From NCBI GenBank assembly GCA_038998335.1, contig JAVZHQ010000001.1:32001-96000 (forward strand): DNA of 64,000 nt. Direction: 5' to 3'. Positions 38,882-49,600 of the stretch are shown piece by piece. Origin of the DNA: Candidatus Aenigmatarchaeota archaeon (GTDB taxonomy: Archaea > Aenigmatarchaeota > Aenigmatarchaeia > CG10238-14 > SCSR01). Under the pieces are notes generated by a model. The model ran no database searches, was not told the DNA's origin, and was given only the letters and a program-made list of their open reading frames with translations. A program made the translations under genes and the position numbers. Each line of letters begins with the position of its first letter. Positions within the stretch are counted from its first letter, which is position 1.

Positions 38882-40375
38882 ATGAACATAGAAAAAATTA
38901 TGGCAATAACAAAAAGGAGAGGCTTTATTTTTCCTAGCTCAGAAATTTACGGCGGCTTATCAGGATTTTTTGATTATGGTCCTTTAGGAGTTCTAATGAA
39001 GAAAAAAATAGAAAATTTTTGGCGTGAGTTCTTTGTTAGACAGAATAACATTTATGAAGTAGAAACTTGCACTATTATGCCTGAGCAAGTTTGGAAGGCT
39101 TCTGGTCATTTAAAAGATTTTGTTGATCCTTTAACTCAATGCGAAAAATGTAAATCAACTTTTAGAGCTGATGAGTTAATAAAAGATTTAACAGGAAAAT
39201 CTCTTGAAGGAGCAAAGCCAGAAGAGCTTACAGAGATAATAAAAAAAGAAAAATTGAAATGCCCAAAATGTAAAGGCAATTTAAGCGATGTTAGAATTTT
39301 TAACCTAATGCTTTCAACCCAAGTTGGGCCAGTAAAAGGAAGTATAGCTTACCTAAGACCTGAAACTGCTCAAGGAATTTTTGTAAATTTCAAGAATATT
39401 TTTAACTCGACAAGAGCAAAACTTCCTTTTGGTGTAGCTCAAGTAGGAACTTCTTATAGAAATGAAATTTCTCCAAGACAATTTCTCTCAAGGATGAGAG
39501 AGTTTAGGCAGATGGAGATAGAGTATTTCTTTAACCCAGAAAAAGCAAATGAGTTTGAAAAGTTTGAAGAAGTTGCAAAAACAAAAATAAGAATTCTAAC
39601 AAGAGAAGAACAGAAAAAAGGGGGAAAAGTCTTAGAAATTACTGCAGGAGAAGCTGTGAAACAAAAAATTTTACCGAATAAAATTATGGGTTATTTTCTA
39701 GCAAAAGAATTTTTATGGTACCAAAAGCTTGGAATCCCTTTTAATTCTTTAAGGTTTAGGCACATGCTTCCTGAAGAAACACCACATTATTCTAAAGGAA
39801 ACTTTGATTTAGAGATAGAGTTTGACTTTGGTTGGAAGGAAGTTGTTGGAAATGCTTACAGAAGCGATTATGACTTAAGCTCGCACGCAAAACTTTCTGG
39901 AGAAGATTTTTCAGTATTAGAAGACGGAAAGAAAATAATTCCTCATGTTGTTGAACCAAGTTTTGGAATAGACAGAACAATTTATGCAATTTTGCTCCAT
40001 TGTTTTGTTGAGGATAAGAAAAGAGGTTGGGATTGGTTCAGATTTCCACCAAGAATTGCTCCTTATAGTGTAGCAATCTTTCCTTTGGTAAGCAAGGATA
40101 ATTTACCGGAAAAAGCTAAGGAAGTTTTTTCTCAACTCAAGAATTGCTTTGAAGTTTTTTATGACGAATCAGGAAGCATAGGAAAAAGATACGCAAGGGC
40201 AGATGAAATAGGCGTGCCTTTTGCTGTTACAATAGATTACCAAACTTTAAAAGATAACACAGTTACCATTCGCTCAAGAGATACGACAGAACAAGTTAGA
40301 GTAAAGATAGAAAATTTAGCGAATATTATCTGGAAATTAGTTTACGAGGAAGCGAGTTTGAAAGAAGTAATTTAA
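38882..40375 (+). CDS. glyS: Glycine--tRNA ligase (alpha2 type)
   Basis: RRGFIFPSSEIYGG, LRPETAQG, RNEISPR, REFRQME, EPSFGIDR, GSIGKRYAR. Confidence 0.96.
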   Translation: MNIEKIMAITKRRGFIFPSSEIYGGLSGFFDYGPLGVLMKKKIENFWREFFVRQNNIYEVETCTIMPEQVWKASGHLKDFVDPLTQCEKCKSTFRADELIKDLTGKSLEGAKPEELTEIIKKEKLKCPKCKGNLSDVRIFNLMLSTQVGPVKGSIAYLRPETAQGIFVNFKNIFNSTRAKLPFGVAQVGTSYRNEISPRQFLSRMREFRQMEIEYFFNPEKANEFEKFEEVAKTKIRILTREEQKKGGKVLEITAGEAVKQKILPNKIMGYFLAKEFLWYQKLGIPFNSLRFRHMLPEETPHYSKGNFDLEIEFDFGWKEVVGNAYRSDYDLSSHAKLSGEDFSVLEDGKKIIPHVVEPSFGIDRTIYAILLHCFVEDKKRGWDWFRFPPRIAPYSVAIFPLVSKDNLPEKAKEVFSQLKNCFEVFYDESGSIGKRYARADEIGVPFAVTIDYQTLKDNTVTIRSRDTTEQVRVKIENLANIIWKLVYEEASLKEVI

Positions 40376-40722
40376 GCAGCCTTTCCTCTAAAAACTCTGG
40401 CAAAATCAGGAGTTATTATTAAGAAATCTTCATCTACTCCTACCATATCACCGTTCATAGCCAAGCAAGTTTTCTTTAATCTCTCTACACATCTTTTCAA
40501 CTCGTTTATGTCCTTATTTCTTAAATCTTTTATTTTAAGAAAAACAACATTCCCTTCTCTCAAAAGCTGTTGAACTTTTTCTGTATCTACAAAACCTGTA
40601 AGGTTTTCAACTTTTATTTTTATCCTTTTATCTTCCTCTAATAGGCTTGTGTCTAACTCTACAAATTCCTCTTTCTCTTCTTTTACTGGTTTGATTTTCT
40701 GGAGAAGGTCTTTTAGCGCCAT
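40372..40722 (-). CDS. sepF: Cell division protein SepF (archaeal)
   Basis: EEFVELD N-terminus, LREGNVVFL, GDMVGVDEDFLIITP. Confidence 0.85.
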   Translation of the reverse strand: MALKDLLQKIKPVKEEKEEFVELDTSLLEEDKRIKIKVENLTGFVDTEKVQQLLREGNVVFLKIKDLRNKDINELKRCVERLKKTCLAMNGDMVGVDEDFLIITPDFARVFRGKAA

Positions 40723-40760
40723 TCTAATCTAATTATAAATTATTTTTTAACTTTAAATAT

Positions 40761-41024
40761 TTAGCTCAAGTTTCTTCTTATTCCTTCTAACAAACTAACA
40801 ACATTCCATATTTGTGTTCTTGTGTACATCGGCATGTTCGGATCATTGATTATTTCGTCTAAAATACTTATGGCGGTGCTTATTTTAACTTCTGGTGCTT
40901 CGTTGCTGTTCAAAGCATTTTTTGAATCTTCTGCAGCTTTTCTTATGTTTTTTGGCACAGTTCTATCGTTTATTATTTTATCAAGCAATGCAATCGCTTG
41001 TTCCATCTCTTTCATATCCATCAC
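40761..41024 (-). CDS. UPF0147 family protein
   Basis: DRTVPKNIRKAA...DPNMPMYTRTQIW. Confidence 0.9.
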   Translation of the reverse strand: MMDMKEMEQAIALLDKIINDRTVPKNIRKAAEDSKNALNSNEAPEVKISTAISILDEIINDPNMPMYTRTQIWNVVSLLEGIRRNLS

Positions 41025-41353
41025 TTCAAGACATCCTTTAACTTATTTTGTAATTCCTTTAACTTATCTTTTAATTTTTCCTCACTTTTTTCTAAAGCTT
41101 TAATCCTTACTTCCAAATCTTCTTTCATCTCACTTAATTCTTTTTTCAATTCCTCAACAGGTTTTAAAACCATTATTTGCCCAGAAATTTTATAAGCATT
41201 TTTCTCTTTTGTTTGGTTTAATTCTTCTAAGGCCTTTTCTGTTTCCATAACTTGAATTTTAATACTTTCTTTTTGAATCAAAATGGTTTGCAATTGCTGT
41301 TGATAAGCTTGAAATTGTGCTAGTAAATTCTTCGTTTCTTCCGTCATTTCCAT
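41021..41353 (-). CDS. pfdB: Prefoldin beta subunit
   Basis: QQQLQ coiled coil, ALEEL, YKISGQIMV. Confidence 0.9.
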   Translation of the reverse strand: MEMTEETKNLLAQFQAYQQQLQTILIQKESIKIQVMETEKALEELNQTKEKNAYKISGQIMVLKPVEELKKELSEMKEDLEVRIKALEKSEEKLKDKLKELQNKLKDVLK

Positions 41354-41370
41354 AAAAACCACTGATTAAT

Positions 41371-41499
41371 TTATCTTGCTCTTACTCTTTTAATAACTTC
41401 TGGTCTAAGCTTTACAAATACTCTATAACCACAATAAGGACAACGAATCTTTTCATCAACTTTTGAAACTATTCTTTTACATTTCACGCACTTATACAA
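41371..41499 (-). CDS. rpoP: RNA polymerase subunit P (Rpo12; 42 aa, not in ORF track)
   Basis: TTG start, MYKCVKC...[22 protein letters not shown], downstream of rpl37ae. Confidence 0.92.
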   Translation of the reverse strand: MYKCVKCKRIVSKVDEKIRCPYCGYRVFVKLRPEVIKRVRAR

Positions 41500-41501
41500 G
41501 T

Positions 41502-41741
41502 CTATTCCTCCTTTTTAACTATTTCACCTGTTGGATAATAAGCTAAGCCTGCAAATTTTGTTCCACATTTTTTACATTTCCATATCCCCTTTGCAACTCT
41601 TTTAACATAGGGCATGTTACATTTTGGGCAGAGATGTCTTTGTCTCTGAATTTTTTCTATCTCACTTACGCTTGCTCTTATCCTTTTCCCATATCTTGGA
41701 CCAAACCTTCCTGCTATTGCTATTTCTTTTTTTCTTCCCAT
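41502..41741 (-). CDS. rpl37ae: 50S ribosomal protein L37Ae
   Basis: [27 protein letters not shown]. Confidence 0.95.
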   Translation of the reverse strand: MGRKKEIAIAGRFGPRYGKRIRASVSEIEKIQRQRHLCPKCNMPYVKRVAKGIWKCKKCGTKFAGLAYYPTGEIVKKEE

Positions 41742-41745
41742 AAGC

Positions 41746-41994
41746 TCACTTTATTATTTTAAATTCTTTTTTTGAGGTTAAACTTTCAAGTATAAGTTTT
41801 AATTGTTCATCACTAATCTCTTTTTTTATTTTATTTTGCTGGTAAAGTTGAAGTAAGTAAAGCTCAAGCTGAGCAGCAAGTTCTGGTTTAACCAGCTTAA
41901 TTCTTCCCAACCTTTCGAAAGCTTCTTTCGATAGAATTTTTTTTAAAACTACTTTTTTAAGTTCTTCTAGTTGTTTTAAATTTTCTTCATCCAT
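41746..41994 (-). CDS. PDCD5-like dsDNA-binding protein
   Basis: [28 protein letters not shown]; follows rps19e. Confidence 0.88.
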   Translation of the reverse strand: MDEENLKQLEELKKVVLKKILSKEAFERLGRIKLVKPELAAQLELYLLQLYQQNKIKKEISDEQLKLILESLTSKKEFKIIK

Positions 41995-42406
41995 GCTTGC
42001 TCACTTCATAAGCAATATTATCTAAAAACTTTTGGCCTTTTGGGGTAATTTTCCTTCCTTTTCCTGCTTTTTCTACTAGACCAGCTTTTTCTAGTTGTTG
42101 TAAAATTTTTCTTATTATATTTCCTCCAGCTTTTCTAAAATGTGCAGGTTTATGTCCTCTTCTTTTTCTTCCTCCATAGTAAGTTCTTAATCTCTCAACC
42201 CCTATTGGACCGTCTAAATAAATTCTTCTTAATATAGAAGCTGCTCTTATGTACCAAAAATCCTTTTGCTCAGGAGGTCTTTCTCTATGCGAACCAGACT
42301 TAACAAACCTACTCCAAGGTAAAGGTTTTATCTCTTCAAACTTTTTAAGTTCCTCTTTTACTTTTTCTATAAGCTTTTGTGCACTAACTTCTCTTGCTGT
42401 AACCAT
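41987..42406 (-). CDS. rps19e: 30S ribosomal protein S19e
   Basis: [37 protein letters not shown]. Confidence 0.96.
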   Translation of the reverse strand: MVTAREVSAQKLIEKVKEELKKFEEIKPLPWSRFVKSGSHRERPPEQKDFWYIRAASILRRIYLDGPIGVERLRTYYGGRKRRGHKPAHFRKAGGNIIRKILQQLEKAGLVEKAGKGRKITPKGQKFLDNIAYEVSKHG

Positions 42407-42442
42407 ACATATCCTTTAAGGATACAATACTTAAATAATTTT

Positions 42443-42757
42443 TTATCTGTAAGGATATCTGTATATTTTTTTACAGTTTAAGCATTTAACCTCTACAATT
42501 TTTTTCTTGCTTTTTATCCTTACTTGGGAAGAATAGCCAGGGATAAGCAAAGAGTTGCACTTTTTGCAAAACTTTCTTTTTAGTTCTTTTGGGAGCCTTA
42601 TGTTGTACCTTAGGCCAATTTTCCTTGCTAGCTCGATATAACGCTTACTCCTTTCAGGGTATTTTTTAAATTCTTTTTCTGCCAAATCAAAAAGGATTTG
42701 AATTCTTTCTTTTGCGATTTTTTGCTGCCATTTTGGCTTTCCTGCTCTTATTCTCAT
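42443..42757 (-). CDS. rnp4: RNase P protein component 4 (Rpp21)
   Basis: IAKERI, RYIELAR, FCKKC..LIPG, CLNC..RYP. Confidence 0.92.
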   Translation of the reverse strand: MRIRAGKPKWQQKIAKERIQILFDLAEKEFKKYPERSKRYIELARKIGLRYNIRLPKELKRKFCKKCNSLLIPGYSSQVRIKSKKKIVEVKCLNCKKIYRYPYR

Positions 42758-42882
42758 AAATGAAATTAAAGAGAATAAATTTAAGCCATTTTAGTCAAAT
42801 AGCGTCTAAAAATTCTAAACTCAAAATTTAATAAGAAAAAACTTAATAATTAATGTTGAAATCGTTAAAATAAGATGAGTTC

Positions 42883-43947
42883 ATGAAAAAAATTATAATT
42901 TTTGCTCTTGTAGTTGTAATTGTTTCTCTATCTTTAATCAGTTTTTATTATTACTTTTTTCCAAAAGAGGAATTTGAAAGAAGTCAACTTCCTATTCTTC
43001 ATGTTCAAGGAAATAAAATTCTAGACGAAAACAATACTCAAATCATTTTTCGAGGAGTAAATTCTATCGGGGTTGGCGAGATGATGTATTATGATAGGTG
43101 GAATGAAGAGTATTTTGAAAAAATGAAAGGGTGGAATGTGAAAATTGTAAGGTTTCCAATTCATTATGCATCTTATAAATGGTACGAAAAGCATAAGCCA
43201 GGATACTTTTTAAAATCACTTGACCAAGGAATAGAATGGGCTGCAAGAAATGGTATTTACTCTATTATCGATTTTCATTCTTGTGGTTGGCCTGTTACTG
43301 GTGAGCATTTTGGTGGAGAATATGACCCTACTTGGAGAGCTAATATTTACGAATTTACTTCTGATGAGTTAAAAGATTTCTGGGAAAAGGTTTCAAAGTA
43401 CTTCGCAAACGATACACGCATCGCATTTTACGACCTTTTTAACGAACCTGCAAAGGATAATCCAAATATAGGAGGTGTGGGAGATGATATAACCCTTGAA
43501 GCATGGTTGGAATGGCGTAACTTTGCTGAAGAATTAATAGATATTATCCGTAAAAATGACCCTAATCGTGCTGTATTAGTTGGTGGGTTACAATTTTCTT
43601 ATTATGTTAATCATGCAGTAGATTATCCTGTTCGCAGATCAAATGTGGTTTATTCTGTACATATTTATAATAACACGAATTGGATGGTAAGTTGGGACGA
43701 AGCATTTGGTAACGCTTCATCTTACATTCCGATATTGGTTGGAGAAATAGGTTTTGACCCAAACGACCCAAATATTGGCGGAACTGTTGAGAATTTTGCA
43801 GAACCACTGATAAAATATTTAGAAGAAAAAGGTATTGGTTGGCTAGCTTGGAATTTTGGTCCTGAATGGACTCCAAAACTTTTGCTTGATTGGGATTATA
43901 ATCCTACTGTTTCAGGTGAATTCTTTTACAAGAAATTACATAGTTAG
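42883..43947 (+). CDS. Membrane-anchored/secreted GH5 glycoside hydrolase
   Basis: N-terminal TM, RGVN, VRFP, IIDFH, FNEP acid/base, VHIY, VGEIG nucleophile, WLAW. Confidence 0.9.
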   Translation: MKKIIIFALVVVIVSLSLISFYYYFFPKEEFERSQLPILHVQGNKILDENNTQIIFRGVNSIGVGEMMYYDRWNEEYFEKMKGWNVKIVRFPIHYASYKWYEKHKPGYFLKSLDQGIEWAARNGIYSIIDFHSCGWPVTGEHFGGEYDPTWRANIYEFTSDELKDFWEKVSKYFANDTRIAFYDLFNEPAKDNPNIGGVGDDITLEAWLEWRNFAEELIDIIRKNDPNRAVLVGGLQFSYYVNHAVDYPVRRSNVVYSVHIYNNTNWMVSWDEAFGNASSYIPILVGEIGFDPNDPNIGGTVENFAEPLIKYLEEKGIGWLAWNFGPEWTPKLLLDWDYNPTVSGEFFYKKLHS

Positions 43948-43990
43948 TACTCAAACTCAAAGTTGAATTCTAATCGAAAAGGTCATAAGA

Positions 43991-44083
43991 TGGGGACGCT
44001 GGGATTTGAACCCAGGTTTTCTCGTGCAAAGCACTCTGAGCCTCCCAAGGGCCCGATCCTAGACCAAGCTAGACGACGTCCCC
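43991..44083 (-). tRNA. tRNA-Pro(TGG) with a probable 18-nt intron in the variable loop (44018-44035); CCA not encoded
   Basis: Acceptor GGGGACG/CGTCCCC, anticodon arm GGGCC-CTTGGGA-GGCTC, T arm CTGGG-TTCAAAT-CCCAG, 22-nt variable region. Confidence 0.9.
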
Positions 44084-44168
44084 CTTATTATAATTTTAAG
44101 TTTATGATAAATGCTTTTTATTTTCTTACTCTTGTGGAATAGTCTTATTTGCTTACCTTAATGAGATA

Positions 44169-44243
44169 TGGGAGGACCGGGATTTGAACCCGGGTTGCCG
44201 GCACCCCAAGCCGGATGCCTAGACCAAGCTAGCAGATCCTCCC
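44169..44243 (-). tRNA. tRNA-Pro(GGG), intronless; CCA not encoded
   Basis: Acceptor GGGAGGA/TCCTCCC, anticodon arm CCGGC-TTGGGGT-GCCGG, 4-nt variable loop CAAC, T arm CCGGG-TTCAAAT-CCCGG. Confidence 0.93.
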
Positions 44244-44284
44244 GATAATCAAACATTATTTGATTACAAATTAAAAAATAAATT

Positions 44285-46663
44285 ATGGTTTATGAAACTA
44301 TTGTTGGTAGACTAAAAGAAGATAGAGAAAAATTTGGAAACAAGTGCTCAGGCTACTTGGGTAAGCATATTGTTGGAACTGGCGAAGACGCTCACCTAAC
44401 AACAAAAGTTTTTATCGATTTGCTTCGATGTCATGTAATTCTAATTTCAGGAAAAAGGGGCTGTGTTACTAAGGATACACTCATTTTTACCGATAAAGGA
44501 TATAAACCAATAATGGAATTTGACAGGTTGAAGGATAAAGTTTATACCTGGAATTCTGAAACCGGTTCTTTTGAATGGACTGAGGCAAATTTGATTAGCT
44601 ACCCTATAGACGAGGAATTGTTTGAGATGGAGCTTCAAGACGGAAGAAGGATAATAGTAACCAATGATCATCCTCTTTTAACCTTTGAGGACGGCCATTT
44701 TAGGTGGAAAAAAGCCCAAGAATTGAAGGTCAACGACAGACTTGTTGTAAATTTAAAAGTTCCAGAAATAAGTAATGACAAGGAAAGCACTAGAATAGCT
44801 AGATTACTTGGTTTCGTTCTTGCCGATGGAAACATTTATATAAAAAAGGGTAAACAGAAAGATAGCAAAGGATATTGGTATAATGGAACTATAAAAAGAC
44901 TTAGAATTTTTAACGCTAATAAAAGTGTCCTACGTCAAGCTAAAAAAGATTTAGAGGAAGAATTTGGGGTTAAAGTTGGGGTTGAAAAGAGAAAAACAAG
45001 GGATGTTATTTTGCGAGTGAGAAATGGCAAAGTAATCGATAAATTTATAGAATTGGGAGTTCCTGTAGGTTCTAAGGCAGATAAAATAAGAGTACCACCA
45101 ATAGTTTGGGAGAGTTCGAATGATTTTAAAGCAAACTTCCTGAGCGCTCTTTTTTCCTGTGACGGTTATGTTGATAAAAATGGTGCGTTGTACTATTATT
45201 CAAAGTCAAGAAAATTTTTAGAAGATATTCAATTATTGCTCGCTCATTTTAAAATATTATCAACAATTAGACCAAAAATAGTGAAACTCAAGAAAAAACT
45301 GTTCATAAATTATACACTTTACATAACTGATCATTTTTCTATCGAGCAATTCAAGAAAATCGGCTTGATTCATGACAGGAAAAACAAACGATTGCAAAGT
45401 CATAAATTTAAAAAGTTTGAGATGAAGAAAGGAGTTAGATTTTTCACAGAAGAGTTAGTAGGTATTAAAATCAAAAAAATTAAAAAAGTCAAGGGAATTA
45501 AAGAAGTTTATGATCTTAACGTCCCAAAGACGCATTCTTTCTTAGCAAATGGTATCTTGTCCCATAATACAGGTAAAAGCTATGATGCAGGAGTAATAGC
45601 AGAAGAAATTGCTTCACTTCCACAAGAATTTAGAAAAAATTTAAGCGTAATTATGATAGATACTATGGGGATTTTCTGGAGCTTAAAAAAACCAAACGAA
45701 CAGCAAAAATCTTTACTTAAAGAATGGGGTCTAGAACCAAAAGGTTTTGAAAACGTGAAAGTTTTCGTTCCCTATTCTCAGCTAGAAGATTTTAAAAATG
45801 CAGGAATTCCCGTTGACGAAGGAATTTCTATTTTGCCTTATGAGTTTTCAGCCGAAGAATGGAGACTAGCTTTTAACTTAAAAAGAACAGAACCTGCAGG
45901 AATTGCTCTAGAAAAAGTTATAAACCAACTTTTAGAATCTCAACAAAATTTTTCCATAGATGATATAATAACAAAAGTTAGAGACGACAAAGAAACTTCA
46001 CAAGAAGTGAAAAGTGCTTTAGAAAACATGTTAACTGTAGCTAAGCAATGGGGAGTTTTTGGAGAAAAAGGAATTAATATAGATGATATTGTTCAACCAG
46101 GTCAAATTTCTGTGGTTGATGTTTCTAGGTTAAGGGCAACAGAAGCCTGGAGCGTTAGAAACTTTATTGTTGCTATGATAGCAAGAAAAGTTTATGAGTA
46201 TCGTTTGCTAGCAAGAAAAGAAGAGGAAATAGCAAAGCTTGAGGGAAGAAAACTTGAAAAAAGATATCCTATGGTTTGGCTTATTGTTGATGAGGCTCAC
46301 AACTTTTGTCCTTCAGATTTTGAAACAGTTTCTTCTCAACCATTTCTAACAATAGCAAAGCAAGGAAGAGAACCTGGGGTAAGCTTGGTAGTAATAACCC
46401 AAATGCCAAACAAAATTCATCAAGACATTCTAAGCCAATGTGATTTAGTAATTTCTCATCGTTTAACTTCTCGTGATGATTTACAAGCTTTGCATGCTGT
46501 TTATCAAACTTATATGGCTGAAGAAATTGAGAAAATGATTAACAAGCTCCCAAGATGGCCTGGAGCTGCTTTAATTCTTGACGATAATCTGGAAAAAATT
46601 TTTACTGTTTGCGTTAGGCCTAGACTTTCATGGCATGCAGGAGGAACTGCTGCAGTTGTTTAA
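44285..46663 (+). CDS. HerA/FtsK-like (DUF87) ATPase containing an intein
   Basis: Spliced Walker A GKRG|TGKS, IDTMG, Walker B LIVDEAH, KQGREPG, TQMP. Confidence 0.88.
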   Translation: MVYETIVGRLKEDREKFGNKCSGYLGKHIVGTGEDAHLTTKVFIDLLRCHVILISGKRGCVTKDTLIFTDKGYKPIMEFDRLKDKVYTWNSETGSFEWTEANLISYPIDEELFEMELQDGRRIIVTNDHPLLTFEDGHFRWKKAQELKVNDRLVVNLKVPEISNDKESTRIARLLGFVLADGNIYIKKGKQKDSKGYWYNGTIKRLRIFNANKSVLRQAKKDLEEEFGVKVGVEKRKTRDVILRVRNGKVIDKFIELGVPVGSKADKIRVPPIVWESSNDFKANFLSALFSCDGYVDKNGALYYYSKSRKFLEDIQLLLAHFKILSTIRPKIVKLKKKLFINYTLYITDHFSIEQFKKIGLIHDRKNKRLQSHKFKKFEMKKGVRFFTEELVGIKIKKIKKVKGIKEVYDLNVPKTHSFLANGILSHNTGKSYDAGVIAEEIASLPQEFRKNLSVIMIDTMGIFWSLKKPNEQQKSLLKEWGLEPKGFENVKVFVPYSQLEDFKNAGIPVDEGISILPYEFSAEEWRLAFNLKRTEPAGIALEKVINQLLESQQNFSIDDIITKVRDDKETSQEVKSALENMLTVAKQWGVFGEKGINIDDIVQPGQISVVDVSRLRATEAWSVRNFIVAMIARKVYEYRLLARKEEEIAKLEGRKLEKRYPMVWLIVDEAHNFCPSDFETVSSQPFLTIAKQGREPGVSLVVITQMPNKIHQDILSQCDLVISHRLTSRDDLQALHAVYQTYMAEEIEKMINKLPRWPGAALILDDNLEKIFTVCVRPRLSWHAGGTAAVV
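44462..45568 (+). mobile_element. Intein (369 aa) with LAGLIDADG homing endonuclease
   Basis: N-terminal C(VTKDT), block B TNDHP, motifs RLLGFVLADG and FLSALFSCDG, VYDLNV..HSFLANGILSHN, followed by Thr+1. Confidence 0.93.
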
Positions 46664-46687
46664 TTTAATAAAAATAGAATTAAAATT

Positions 46688-49600
46688 ATGAAGAAATTAG
46701 AACTTTTGGTTTTTATTTTTTTAATTTTTTCTATATTTTCTATAATATCATTTGAAGTCAGAGCAGAGAATTATAAATTGTTTTTTGGTGATTTGCACGG
46801 GCACACTTTTTGGTCTGACGGTAAAGGTTCTCCAGCCGAGTATTTCACTTATTGCAGAGATGTAGCAAAACTAGATTTTTGTGCAATTACAGATCATAAT
46901 GTGGGTCAGACCAGCCTGAACAATATCTCTGCTGAAGCTAATAAGTTTACTTCTCCCACTTTTATTGCTTTTGCAGGAAACGAATGGTCTTCACCTAAAT
47001 ATGGACACAAATGTTGCTATAACATTTCTACTTCTTGCAGTGCAACTTCTCAGAACTGTGATGAAACTAATGAACTTTACGAAAAAGTTAAAAGAGAAGG
47101 TGGGTTATGTCATACCGCCCATCCTGCAACTAGTTGGGAAGGTCAAAATGCTACTGACTGGAGTGTTGTAAGGGATGAAGTAGAAGTTGCAGGTGAAATT
47201 TATGCTAATGAAACTAAAATGATTGAGGCGTGGAGTAATTACAGTTTAAAACTAGGGGTGGTAGGGGTTAGCGATACTCATGACGGAAGGCCAGGGTCTA
47301 GCGGAATAACAGGGTGCTACGCTAGTGAGCTTACCAGAAAAGGAATTTTGGAAGCTTTAAAAGCAAGAAGATGTTTTGCTACAAGCTCTGGAGCTAACAG
47401 AACTCATTTTCCCATGAATTTAAGTTTTAAAATAAATGGTCATTGGATGGGGGAAGAAATTTCGCTTAATTATGGTTCTAAACTAAATTTTGAAATAATA
47501 GTTAATGCAACTTATAACGTCACTCGTATCTACATTAAGAAAAATGGAGAAACAATCGCAACAAAAACAGATTGCAATTTCCAAAATTGTGCATGGTTTT
47601 ATTCATCATTTGCCGATACAAATTCATATTACTATGTCGTTGCAACCACTTCTGCAGGTAAAAGTGTATGGTCATCACCAATTTTTATTAGTTTAAGTAA
47701 TCTAGTTACTAATCCTTCTTTCGAAGGAAATACTTGGCAAGTAGATCCGAATAATACAAACTTTGAAGATTGGGAGATTTCTCGCTACTCTCATAATGGG
47801 TTAATTAAAACATGGGTAGAAACTTCCAACGTTCATTCAGGAAGTAAAGCTTTTGGTTTTAGAACAGAAGCTCCCTCTTCAACTAACATAAGCTTAAGCA
47901 TTTCTTCTAACCGTTCAAAACTGATTCCAATAGATGAAAACAAGTACTTGGAAGCAGGTTTATGGGCCTATGTTAAAGAAGGATATTACGGTGATGATAT
48001 TTCTATAGTTTTCTATTTCGAAAACGGCTCTTCCATAAGACTTTGGGGTCAGGATAAGCTTGGGGGCTGGAACACAGGAATGTGGTCTAGAGTAAGCTAC
48101 TTATGGTATCCTTCTTCTCTAGGCGAAGGAAAAGGCTACATACCAAAAGGAGCAAAGTACGCAAGAATAGTTATATTTTGCAATTATCACGAAGGTGGAA
48201 TAAAAGAAAGAATATACGATGATGTTTTTGTTAAGCAGCATGATAATTATCCTGGCTGGAAAGAAAGACTGGAAAAAAATTTTACTAACTTAAAACTTCT
48301 AGCAGATTATAACAAATTTTTAGGAGTAAGCAATTTATCTTATGGAGTTCATGATGATAAAATACTATACTTAGGTAACGAAACCTTTTTAGAAAAAATT
48401 AGAGCGCTTAACTTCAGTTACATAAGATTCCAGTACAAGTATTACGAGGCATGTAAATATTGGAATGAAACTACCCATTCTTGTAAAGAATATGATTGGA
48501 CAAAAGTGGACAAGCTTATAGAAGCGATTAAAGCTACAGGTGCGGAACCAATAATATGCGTAGCTGGTGGAGATATAGGCAGTTCTACTTTTGATCCAAA
48601 TAAATCCTATTGGTTGCCTCCAGGAATGACAGGAAACTATTCTGGAACAGGTTATCCTTCTCATATAGATTTTGGAAATTATATTGCAGATATCGTAAGA
48701 CACTTAAATGTAGAAAAAGGATATAATGTAAAATATTGGGAAATATGGAACGAACCTTCCCCAACTGTAAATATAGATGAATTTGTAAATCTTTTTAACA
48801 ATGCTCAAAGAAGAATGCATGAAATTGACCCAACTATAAAAATTTCTAACGATAGGATAATGACAAATCTTTTAGCTGATGAAATGCTTGAAAAAGCAGA
48901 AGGTGTAGGCTTCCTTAGTTTTCATCATTACGCTGCTGGAGGAACTTGTATGTATCCTCATAACTCATCAAACTTAGAAAACATTTTTTACCCTCCTAAT
49001 GATGTGAATGGTTGGGACAGGGACGAAACTATAATGTATAGAGTTAATAGATTAGGTACAGACTGTTCTAGTTGGTGGTGTACTTATTCTCCTAAAAAAG
49101 CTAGAGAACTTTGGAAGCAAAAAACTGGAAAAGATTTAGAAGTTATAGGGACTGAACTTAATTTGAATTCTGCATGGAGAAACGGAACAGACCATAGGCA
49201 AAATAATATTTTTGGTGCAACTTGGTGGGCTGCAAAAGTTAAAGCTTATATCTTAGATGGTTTTGAAACAAGTTTAGTTTATTTTACTGTTGCTTCTTGG
49301 GACAGACCAGAACATAAAGACAAACCCATGGCAAAATATGGAGGTTTTGGCTTTGGGATGATGAATTCCTCTTATCCTTACAATCCTTATGCACCCTATT
49401 GGTCTATGTATTTACTTACTACATATATCCCAAAAGGAAGCAAATTATACTTCTCTAAATCCTCAGATTCAGATGTAATAGACATTCTTGCCGTAGAATC
49501 AAGAGGTTCAAAAAACATCCTGCTTATAAATAAGGTTAATGAAACAGTTAATTTTACTTTACCAATTCTTGGCTTCACTATTAAAAACGCTACTTTACAT

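Noticed and set aside
42760-44243. Integrated element at the tRNA-Pro genes
   Set aside because: No integrase and no duplicated tRNA 3' end (att site) found
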